From contig OY969938.1 of NCBI GenBank assembly GCA_963704755.1, forward strand, positions 1,410,001 through 1,442,000: DNA of 32,000 nt, in the 5' to 3' direction. This document shows, piece by piece, positions 6,590 through 14,109 of the stretch. A model generated the notes under the pieces. That model was not told where the DNA came from and ran no database searches. It worked only from the letters and a program-made list of their open reading frames with translations. The stretch's first letter is position 1. Each line of letters begins with the position of its first letter. The stretch is from an uncultured Chloroflexia bacterium. Its GTDB lineage: Bacteria; Chloroflexota; Anaerolineae; Anaerolineales; Anaerolineaceae. The position numbers and the translations under genes are program-made.

Positions 6590-7876
6590 ATGGCAGAAAC
6601 TACCAATGCGTTTGAAATGGCACAACGCCAGTTCGACCAGGTGGCAGAACTGCTCAAGCTCGACCCGCAGGTCCGTGAGATCCTGCGCTGGCCGCTGCGC
6701 GAGTATCATTTCCGCATCCCGGTACGCATGGATGATGGCTCAATCCGCCTTTTCCAGGGGTATCGTGTACAACATAACGATTCCCGCGGACCCAACAAAG
6801 GTGGCATCCGCTTTCACCCGGCCGAGACAATCGACACCGTCCGCGCACTGGCAACCTGGATGACCTGGAAATGCGCAGTGGTGGATCTTCCCCTTGGGGG
6901 TGGCAAAGGCGGCGTCATTGTCGACCCGGCTACCCTCTCAACCGCTGAAAAAGAACGCCTGGTGCGGGGATGGGTGCAACAGATGTGGAAGAACATCGGC
7001 CCACGCCAGGACGTACCCGCCCCCGATGTTGGAACAACCCCGCAGATGATGGGTTGGATGATGGACGAATACTCACGTCTGGCCGGCGCGTATACCCCAG
7101 GTGTGATCACCGGCAAGCCCCTGGGCGGCGGCGGATCACAAGGCCGTACCGAAGCGACCGGCTATGGGGTGATCTTTACCGTTCGCGAAGCCATGAAGCA
7201 GTTGAAAATGGAACCGGGCAAGTGCGTGGCGGCCATTCAAGGGTTTGGCAACGTGGCCCAATACGCCGCGATCGGGTTCAACGAAATCCTGGGTGGTAAA
7301 GTCGTGTGTGTGTCCTTCTGGGATCGCGACGACCGCACCTCCTACACTGTCAGCAAGGCCGATGGGATCGATCCGCACTTCTTGATGAACATCACCGACC
7401 AGTACGGCAGCATCGATAAGGCCAAAGCTCGCAGCGCCGGTTACAGCATCGAGCCCGGCGACGCCTGGATCAGCAAAGAAGTTGACGTGCTCATCCCGGC
7501 CGCGCTGGAAGGCCAGATCAACGGCGAAACGGTCAAGAAGATCAACAAACGCGTCAAGATGATCGCCGAAGGCGCCAATGGACCGACCACGCCCGATGCG
7601 GACACCGTGATAAAAGAGCGCGGCATCTTTTTGATCCCGGACTTCTTATGCAACGCCGGTGGTGTGACCGTCTCGTATTTCGAGAGCGTGCAGAACGACC
7701 AGAACTTCTACTGGCCCAAAGAGGAAGTCCTCTCGCGGCTGGATACCAAGATGACCCACGCCTTTGCGGATGTATTGGATATGTCCGAGAAGGAAAACGT
7801 GTACATGCGTGATGCGGCCTACATGGTCGCTATCGCGCGGGTCGTCAAGGCTATGGAACTGCGCGGGTGGATATAG
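6590..7876 (+). CDS. gdhA: NAD(P)-specific glutamate dehydrogenase (Glu/Leu/Phe/Val dehydrogenase family)
   Basis: 428-aa intact ORF with AGGAG 10 nt upstream. Family blocks include RVQHNDSRGPNKGGIRFHP, WMTWKCAVVDLPLGGGKGG (catalytic Lys region) and GFGNVAQYAA (dinucleotide fold). Confidence 0.93.
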   Translation: MAETTNAFEMAQRQFDQVAELLKLDPQVREILRWPLREYHFRIPVRMDDGSIRLFQGYRVQHNDSRGPNKGGIRFHPAETIDTVRALATWMTWKCAVVDLPLGGGKGGVIVDPATLSTAEKERLVRGWVQQMWKNIGPRQDVPAPDVGTTPQMMGWMMDEYSRLAGAYTPGVITGKPLGGGGSQGRTEATGYGVIFTVREAMKQLKMEPGKCVAAIQGFGNVAQYAAIGFNEILGGKVVCVSFWDRDDRTSYTVSKADGIDPHFLMNITDQYGSIDKAKARSAGYSIEPGDAWISKEVDVLIPAALEGQINGETVKKINKRVKMIAEGANGPTTPDADTVIKERGIFLIPDFLCNAGGVTVSYFESVQNDQNFYWPKEEVLSRLDTKMTHAFADVLDMSEKENVYMRDAAYMVAIARVVKAMELRGWI

Positions 7877-7882
7877 AGTAGC

Positions 7883-7924
7883 GATTAGCCATTAGCTATT
7901 GGCTGTTAGCCATTAGCGATTAGC
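7883..7924 (+). repeat. Six tandem heptamers (NNTTAGC) immediately after the gdh stop
   Basis: GATTAGC CATTAGC TATTGGC TGTTAGC CATTAGC GATTAGC, read directly from the sequence. The tract starts 7 nt after the stop codon. Confidence 0.9.
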
Positions 7925-7942
7925 GGTAAGAAAGTAAACCTG

Positions 7943-7982
7943 AACAGGCAACCGGATAAAATGACCGGTTGCCTGTTTTTGC
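7943..7982 (+). terminator. Intrinsic terminator of gdh
   Basis: AACAGGCAACCGG (7943-7955), a 9-nt loop, CCGGTTGCCTGTT (7965-7977), then TTTTGCAA. It lies between convergent genes. Confidence 0.75.
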
Positions 7983-8036
7983 AACGTGAATTTGGGTTAA
8001 TGCGCTAAGGATTCACGCAGAATTTTTGAGGACCTG

Positions 8037-8486
8037 CTAATAACGTGCCAGGGTGGTGATCGCCGGGACCCGGTCGAACATCCAGAAAGCCAGCGGGAGG
8101 CCCAGGCCGAGGCTCAACCCGGTCAGCAGCCAGGCCAGGATCAGCCAGATCAGGCTCAGCCACCAGCCGATCAGCAGAAAATAGATGGCGCGCAGCAAGA
8201 AAGGCGGCTGCGGCAGGGAGGCTTCCCGGTAAACCGTGCGCCCATTGACCACGCTGACCTGCGCCGCGCGCTTTACCGGCTTGAGGGTCATAATTTGCGG
8301 CAGGCGGTTGAGCAGCCATAGTCCCAGCGGCAGGCCGATAATCGTTACATTAAAAATCCAGGCCGCGATAGTGACGATCCCACCCAGCCACAGGCCCACG
8401 AACAGGAAATACAGGATCCGGATCAGGCAGCCCGGTCCCTGCTCTTGCGGATAAACCGAATAAGATTGATTGGTCTGAGAAGACAT
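8037..8486 (-). CDS. YccF-domain (DUF307) inner-membrane protein
   Basis: 149 aa with two hydrophobic repeats: ILYFLFVGLWLGGIVTIAAWIFNVTIIGLPLG and AIYFLLIGWWLSLIWLILAWLLTGLSLGLGLPLA. These resemble the duplicated YccF motif (IFWLIFFGWWL... in E. coli YccF, recalled from memory). Confidence 0.7.
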   Translation of the reverse strand: MSSQTNQSYSVYPQEQGPGCLIRILYFLFVGLWLGGIVTIAAWIFNVTIIGLPLGLWLLNRLPQIMTLKPVKRAAQVSVVNGRTVYREASLPQPPFLLRAIYFLLIGWWLSLIWLILAWLLTGLSLGLGLPLAFWMFDRVPAITTLARY

Positions 8487-8630
8487 GGTAATTAATCCTT
8501 TGTGTAATTCAATTACGTAATTCGCGCTTATTTTTAATTACGCAAACCGGCAAGAAAAGTTGCGTCGTTTGCGAAGATTTAATATGGAAACGAAAACTCA
8601 GTTTGTTTCAATAAATTGGCGCCGGGCTAC

Positions 8631-9622
8631 AGGCGGGCTGAGCCCGTTGGCGACCGAGGTCGCAGCAACAAAAACACGAAGACCCACCTGCGTGGGTCTC
8701 CCTTTCGGCAGGGGTTGATCCCATAGAGAATATTCTGCCTGGCTCGCACTTGCTCGGGTTTCCAACCCGAGAAAACGCAAGCCAGCCAGAATCTCAGCTA
8801 TAGGATCGTGCCCTTCCAAAAGAGAGCCCCACGAAGGTGGGGCTTTGTGTGGTTGTAGGTGCAGCTTTAGCTGCTTATGAGTAGGTCAACGCTCCAATAT
8901 TCAACCGCAAGGGCCTATAAACCAAGCACTTTCCCGGCTTTGAAAGCCGGGCTACAGGCGGGCTATGCCTATGGCAACAAAAACACAAGCCAGGCGAAGA
9001 AAAGGCTCTCCTGGTTTGGTAGCTCGGGTTTCCAACCCGAGAAAACACCGGACGGGCATAATTCCGGCTGTAGGATCGTGCCCTTCCAAAAGAGAGCCCC
9101 ACGAAGGTGGGGCTTTGTGTGGTCGTAGGTGCAGCTTTAGCTGCTTATGAGTAGGTCAACGCTCCTATACTCAACCGCAAGCGCACATACCAAGCACAAT
9201 CCCGGCTTTGAAAGCCGGGCTACAGGCGGGCTACGCCCATGGCAACTAAAACACAAGCCAGACAGAATCTCAGCTATGGGATCGTGCCCCACCAAAAGGG
9301 AGCCCCACGAAGGTGGGGCTTTGTGTGGTTGTAGGTGCAGCTTTAGCTGCTTATGAGTAGGTCAACGCTCCCATACTCAACCTCGAGGGCCTATAAACCA
9401 AGCACAATCCCGGCTTTGAAAGCCGGGCTACAGGCGGGCTACACCCATGGCAACAAAAACACAAGCCCGGCGAAGACAAGGCTCTCCTGGTTGGGTAGCT
9501 CGGGTTTCCAACCCGAGAAAACGCAAGCCAGCCAGAATCTCAGCTATGGGATCGGGCCTTACTAAAAGAGAGCCCCACGAAGGTGGGGCTTTGTGTGGTC
9601 GTAGGTGCAGCTTTAGCTGCTG
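8631..9622. repeat. Tandem array of four mosaic hairpin-rich repeat units (206-270 bp period)
   Basis: The anchor GAGCCCCACGAAGGTGGGGC occurs at 8824, 9094, 9300 and 9570. Each unit has the module order GCCCCAC-GAAG-GTGGGGC, GCAGC-TTTA-GCTGC, variable linker, CCCGGCTTTGAAAGCCGGG+CTACAGGCGGGCTA, then optionally CTCGGGTT-TCC-AACCCGAG. The third unit lacks that last module. Confidence 0.9.
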
Positions 9623-9658
9623 TTTGGGTGTGTCGATGGCTTTCGAAGCCGGCAGTCT

Positions 9659-10843
9659 CTATACAGCGGTTCTAAACGGGTAGCGCACGTCCGCGATGGA
9701 TGGGCCAAACAACTGGATCTCCTCCAGGTTATTCGTTCCCAGGCCGGCCTTGGCCGCCAGGGCAATGTGATTGGGGCTGTGGACAAAAGGTGATACCGGC
9801 CAGTCCGCCTGCGGATCAAAGCCCATGATGGCGGTGGCTGCGGCGTCCGCGGCTACCCGGTCGCGACTCAGCACCAGCACGCCTGGTTTGACCTGGGAGA
9901 TATTGTCCCAGGGACCGGCCCCGCCTTCAGCCGTCATAATCCCGTCGATCAGCGCCAGGTCGATCGGTCGGGCGAAATTCAGGTCCAGGATAATATCGGT
10001 CAGGCGATCGTCGAAATCGCTCGACCCGTGAAACAGCGATCGGTTGTTATCGGCCGCATTGCGGCGGTATTCGCTGATCGGCGCCAGGCCAAATAAATTT
10101 TTCATCGAGAGGGTCACCCCGGTGGTGGAGTGGCATTTCAACTTGGCCACCGAGATGAATACATCCAACTCGTTGAGGATTCCATTCAGCGCAAACGTAT
10201 GGAACACCCGCGCGGTATCGCCCACCGGGAAAGCCGCGTAACCAGCGTAAGGCGCCGGTTTACACAAATCGATTAATTTAGCGTCCAGGGGTTTGGCCAT
10301 GTCCTCATACCCCCAGAATTTATAGCTGTTCTCATCCCCCAACCCATCCATGACGAACAGTTTGGATGCACCCGCATCTTTGAGCAGCTCACCCAACGCG
10401 CCGACCAGCGCCGGATGGGTGACGAAGTATTCGGTCGCTGGCGGCTTATCGGGCGTATCCCACCAGGTGCCGCCGGTCAAATTGACCTTGATCCCCACCC
10501 GCGCGCCGGGTTGGACAAGCTTCTCCAGCCCGCTGGTTGCCTCCAACATGGATTGGAGCGCCGTGCGCAAGGCGACCGGGTCGTAACCTGTCACCTGTCC
10601 AATGGCCGCCTGGGCTTTATAGACGGGCGTGGCCGTCGGCACCGGGGTCGGGGTTAGAGTAGGCGATGGCGTGGCTGTGGACGTCGCCGTAGGCGGCAGG
10701 TCAGTTGGGCTTGGAATCGGGGTACCCGTCGCTGTTGGCAGGGCCTGCGGCTTACAGCCAGCCAACAGCAAGGCGGCACTGGTCAGCCCAAGTTCCTTGA
10801 GGAACTGGCGGCGGTTCAGGGGGGACAAATTCTTATCAGTCAT
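9659..10843 (-). CDS. DUF362 domain protein, Tat-signal lipoprotein with a Thr/Pro-rich linker
   Basis: The N-terminus NRRQFLKELGLTSAALLLAGC combines a twin-arginine motif with a lipobox Cys. A PT-rich linker follows. DUF362-type blocks are VGIKVNLTGG and AKLKCHSTTGVTLSMKNLFG. Confidence 0.8.
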   Translation of the reverse strand: MTDKNLSPLNRRQFLKELGLTSAALLLAGCKPQALPTATGTPIPSPTDLPPTATSTATPSPTLTPTPVPTATPVYKAQAAIGQVTGYDPVALRTALQSMLEATSGLEKLVQPGARVGIKVNLTGGTWWDTPDKPPATEYFVTHPALVGALGELLKDAGASKLFVMDGLGDENSYKFWGYEDMAKPLDAKLIDLCKPAPYAGYAAFPVGDTARVFHTFALNGILNELDVFISVAKLKCHSTTGVTLSMKNLFGLAPISEYRRNAADNNRSLFHGSSDFDDRLTDIILDLNFARPIDLALIDGIMTAEGGAGPWDNISQVKPGVLVLSRDRVAADAAATAIMGFDPQADWPVSPFVHSPNHIALAAKAGLGTNNLEEIQLFGPSIADVRYPFRTAV

Positions 10844-11010
10844 TGGGGTTCGAGTTAATTATAGCCACTCCCCGCGGATCAGCAAACCGGAAACCGCCCG
10901 GCATTCAATTCTCCGGGTATAGAATTCGTCAGCCCTAATTTAATTTTTCTGGGGCCGGGCCATATTTCTTTGGAATTTTTCTTGCCGGTTCGGCGGGCGG
11001 GAAACAGGCG

Positions 11011-12498
11011 CTAGCGGACCAGTTCCGGTTCGCGCAGGTGCCAATCGGTGACCTGCTGGTAAGCGTGCGCCACGCGGAAGAGAATGTCTTCGCGGAAATG
11101 GGGTCCCATCAACTGCATGCCTACCGGCATCCCGTCCTGGTCGAATTCGACCGGGAAGGATAATCCCGGTACCCCGGCCAGGTTGGTCGGCAGGGTGAAA
11201 ACATCTTCCAAATACATGGCCAGCGGATCGTCGCTGTGTTCGCCCATGCGGAAGGCAGTCGTTGGCGCTACCGGGGTGGCGATCACATCGACTGATTTAA
11301 AAGCTTCATCGAAATCGCGCTTGATCAGCGTGCGCACCTTCTGGGCCTGGCCGTAATAGGCATCGTAATAGCCAGCCGAGAGCGCATAAGTGCCCAACAT
11401 GATCCGGCGCTTGACTTCCTGCCCAAAGCCTTGCCCGCGGGTCTTGAAGAAAATATCCGCGACCGAGGCAGCGTTTTCGCGTAAGCCAAAGCGGACTCCA
11501 TCGTAGCGGGCCAGGTTGGCCGAGGCTTCGGCCGGGGCGATCAGGTAATAGACCGGCAGGGCGTATTCGGTGTGCGGCAGGCTGACATGCTGCACACTGG
11601 CACCCAGGCTCTCCAGTTTAGCCACTGCCTGGCGGACACCCTGTTCCACCTCTGGCTGAATTCCGGCGATGAAATATTCCTTGGGTACCCCTACTCGTAA
11701 TCCGTGCAGGTCAGTGTTCCCGTCCAGGTTGATCTGGGGCACAGCCATGTCCATAGAAGTTGCATCCAGAGGGTCTTGCCCGGCCATCAGGCCAAAGAAT
11801 ACAGCCGCATCTTCGGCATTGCGCGTCAAAATACCCGGGCAGTCCAGGGACGAGCCGTAAGCCACCAGCCCGTAACGTGAAACTCGCCCGTAGGTCGGTT
11901 TAAGGCCGGTCACACCGCAGTAAGCAGCCGGCTGGCGAACGCTGCCGCCGGTATCGGTGCCCATGGCAGCCGGTATCATGCGTGCGGCCACGGCCGCGGC
12001 GCTGCCGCCGCTAGACCCGCCCGGGACGCGGTTCAGGTCCCAGGGGTTGAAGGTTTGCCCGTAAGCCGAATTCTCGGTGGACGACCCCATCGCAAATTCA
12101 TCAGTATTGGTCTTGCCGACCACCACGACCCCGGCCTCCAGCAGCCGCCGTACACTGGTAGCCGTAAAGGGGGGAACGAAATTTTCCAGGATGCGGGAAC
12201 CGCAGGTGCAACGCACGTCGGCCAGGGCCAGCACGTCCTTGACTGCGATGGGCAGGCCCAACAAGGGCGGAATCTCGTCCTGGTTACGTTTGGCTGCCGC
12301 ACGGCGCTGGTCGGCCGCCCGCGCCTGGTCGAGGGCCAGTTCGCTGGTGCGGGTAATAAATGCGTGTACGCTCGGTTCGAGCCGGTCGATCTGGTCGAGG
12401 CAGGCCTGGGTCAATTCCAGGCTGCTGACCTCTCCCTGCTGGAGTGCAGCAATGGCCTGTTTTACGGTGAGTTTGTTCAAATCAACCATGTTCGTCAC
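11011..12498 (-). CDS. gatA: Glutamyl-tRNA(Gln)/aspartyl-tRNA(Asn) amidotransferase subunit A
   Basis: 495 aa with the amidase signature GGSSGGSAAAVAA and the block KDVLA...CTCGSRILENF. GTG 12498 overlaps the gatC stop (GTGA). ATG 12489 is an alternative start. Confidence 0.95.
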   Translation of the reverse strand: MTNMVDLNKLTVKQAIAALQQGEVSSLELTQACLDQIDRLEPSVHAFITRTSELALDQARAADQRRAAAKRNQDEIPPLLGLPIAVKDVLALADVRCTCGSRILENFVPPFTATSVRRLLEAGVVVVGKTNTDEFAMGSSTENSAYGQTFNPWDLNRVPGGSSGGSAAAVAARMIPAAMGTDTGGSVRQPAAYCGVTGLKPTYGRVSRYGLVAYGSSLDCPGILTRNAEDAAVFFGLMAGQDPLDATSMDMAVPQINLDGNTDLHGLRVGVPKEYFIAGIQPEVEQGVRQAVAKLESLGASVQHVSLPHTEYALPVYYLIAPAEASANLARYDGVRFGLRENAASVADIFFKTRGQGFGQEVKRRIMLGTYALSAGYYDAYYGQAQKVRTLIKRDFDEAFKSVDVIATPVAPTTAFRMGEHSDDPLAMYLEDVFTLPTNLAGVPGLSFPVEFDQDGMPVGMQLMGPHFREDILFRVAHAYQQVTDWHLREPELVR

Positions 12499-12782
12499 TC
12501 CAAAACCGGCGGTACGCGGAACTGGTCCTCTTCGGACTGTGGCGCATTTCGCAAGACATCCGCCAGGGAAAGCCCTGGCCGTGCTTCGTCTGCCCGTAAA
12601 ACGCTGCGTTCCGGCAGCACGCTGGCCGTCGGCGCGATACCTTCCGTATCCAGCGCCTGCAGGCTGGTGGCATAATCCAGAATCGCGGACAACTGCTGTT
12701 GGTAGCGTTCCTTCTCTTCCGCCGTTAATTCCAGGCGGGCCAATTTAGCAATGTGTTCGACTTCAGCAAGGGAAAGTTTCAT
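12495..12782 (-). CDS. gatC: Amidotransferase subunit C
   Basis: The internal ATG at 12782 gives a 95-aa product starting MKLSLAEVEHIAKLARLELTAEEKERYQQQLSAILDY, the typical GatC N-terminus. The track ORF extends upstream to 12899 through low-complexity sequence. The gene is directly coupled to gatA. Confidence 0.9.
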   Translation of the reverse strand: MKLSLAEVEHIAKLARLELTAEEKERYQQQLSAILDYATSLQALDTEGIAPTASVLPERSVLRADEARPGLSLADVLRNAPQSEEDQFRVPPVLE

Positions 12783-13001
12783 AATTTTTTCTTTGGCGGT
12801 GGAAATTTTGTCCTTGATTATACCCTGTTTGGGAGTAAGCGAGAAAATGGAGAGTAGAGAGTAGTAATTGGTCAAAAAGTCGACAAGGAAATAAGGCAAC
12901 GAGGCATACAGCCATATTGCCTCGTTACCTCTTCCCTTATCGACTTATCGCCTTTTTGCCTCATCACTAATCCCCCCTCCCCCGCTATAATAGAACCTAT
13001 C

Positions 13002-13805
13002 ATGAATACTTCCCCTTCTTCCTTTCAATCCCGATATGGGCCATGGGCGCTGGTGGCCGGCGCATCCAAGGGATTAGGCGCTGAATTCGCCCGCCAGCTC
13101 GCTGAAAAGGGGCTGAACCTGGTCCTGGTGGCCAGGCGGCAGGAACGCCTGCAAGCCCTGGCGGCTGATTTGCAATCCCATTACCCGGTCCAGGTCCAAA
13201 CTATCGTGTGCGACCTGTCCCAAACCGATGCAGCTACCCAAATTATCGAACAGACCGCCGGATTGGAGATCGGTTTGCTGGTGTATAACGCAGCCCTCGC
13301 CCCGGTCGCCTCGTTTTACTCCCTCAGCCTGGAGGAGCACCTGCGGGCGCTCAACACAAACATGCGCACCCCGCTCGAGCTGGTCTATCAGCTCGGCTCG
13401 GCGATGCGCAGTCGCAAGTGCGGCGGCATTTTGCTGATGTCCTCGCTCAGCGCCTTACAGGGATCAGCTTTAATCACCCACTACGCTGCTACCAAAGCCT
13501 ATAACCTTAACCTTGCGGAAGGGTTATGGGATGAGCTAGGCCAGGACGGTGTCTCCGTGTTAGCCTGTATGCCCGCCTCCGTCGATACCGCCGAACGCCC
13601 GGCCGGGGAGTCCGGTTCGAACCAACCTGCCGGTGGGATGAACCCGCAGCAAGTGGCCCGCGAAGCCCTGGCCGCCCTGGGCCGGCAGTCGGTCATCATC
13701 CCCGGTGCGGCCAATCGCCTGGCGGCCTTCTTCATCCGTCATCTGATGCCGCGCCAATCCGCGGTAAAAATGATGGGGGGAGTGCTGAAGAGAATGAAAA
13801 ATTGA
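13002..13805 (+). CDS. Short-chain dehydrogenase/reductase (SDR)
   Basis: ALVAGASKGLGAEFARQLAEKGLNLVLVAR is the dinucleotide-binding motif. MSSLSA...YAATKAY carries the catalytic S...YxxxK residues. 267 aa. Confidence 0.9.
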   Translation: MNTSPSSFQSRYGPWALVAGASKGLGAEFARQLAEKGLNLVLVARRQERLQALAADLQSHYPVQVQTIVCDLSQTDAATQIIEQTAGLEIGLLVYNAALAPVASFYSLSLEEHLRALNTNMRTPLELVYQLGSAMRSRKCGGILLMSSLSALQGSALITHYAATKAYNLNLAEGLWDELGQDGVSVLACMPASVDTAERPAGESGSNQPAGGMNPQQVAREALAALGRQSVIIPGAANRLAAFFIRHLMPRQSAVKMMGGVLKRMKN

Positions 13806-13833
13806 GAATAGAGATTAGAGAATGGTGATTAGT
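13806..13833 (+). repeat. Heptamer tract GAATAGA GATTAGA GAATGGT GATTAGT starting at the base after the SDR stop
   Basis: Read directly from the sequence. The 7-nt phase (AAGAGAAT GAAAAAT TGAGAAT...) extends back into the last SDR codons (LKRMKN*). Confidence 0.85.
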
Positions 13834-14060
13834 ACTCAGGCAACTAGTTTTCCAATTTGCACGGTTTTAGGGTTTAGGCGTAGCAATTTCAAAGTTTAGA
13901 CTAATTATAAAAACTAACGGCATTAAAAGCCTGGCTACACCTATCTGCAAAAAGACCTATCCATGTGGCATCCTATCCACTGGATGATATATTCATCGAA
14001 TTCTTTCCTCTTATTGATCGCTTTTTTCTAATACCAAATTGCCCATTTCGAGTTACTTTT

Positions 14061-14109
14061 TACTAATTTCTATTCTCTAATTTCTATTTTCTATTCTCTA
14101 TTCTCTTGC
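14061..14109 (-). repeat. Seven tandem heptamers (GAATAGA-type on the minus strand) spanning the stop codon of the 570-aa gene
   Basis: The plus strand reads TACTAAT TTCTATT CTCTAAT TTCTATT TTCTATT CTCTATT CTCTTGC. On the minus strand the tract encodes the last residues KRIENRK, supplies the TAG stop (14084-14086), and continues into the 3' UTR. Confidence 0.85.

Noticed and set aside
8877-9565. Track ORFs MSRSTLQYSTARAYKPS..., MSRSTLLYSTASAH... and MSRSTLPYSTSRAYKPS..., plus minus-strand ORFs 8598-8819 and 8875-9102, as a repeated small-protein family
   Set aside because: Indels between units change the frame after the first 10-15 codons, so the downstream peptides differ completely. Stops differ per unit. 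Conservation tracks the hairpin cores, not codons.
8631-9622. A CRISPR array as the explanation for the regular repeats
   Set aside because: The repeating unit is 206-270 bp and nearly the whole unit is conserved. There are no 25-40 bp direct repeats separated by unique spacers, and no cas genes are in the window.
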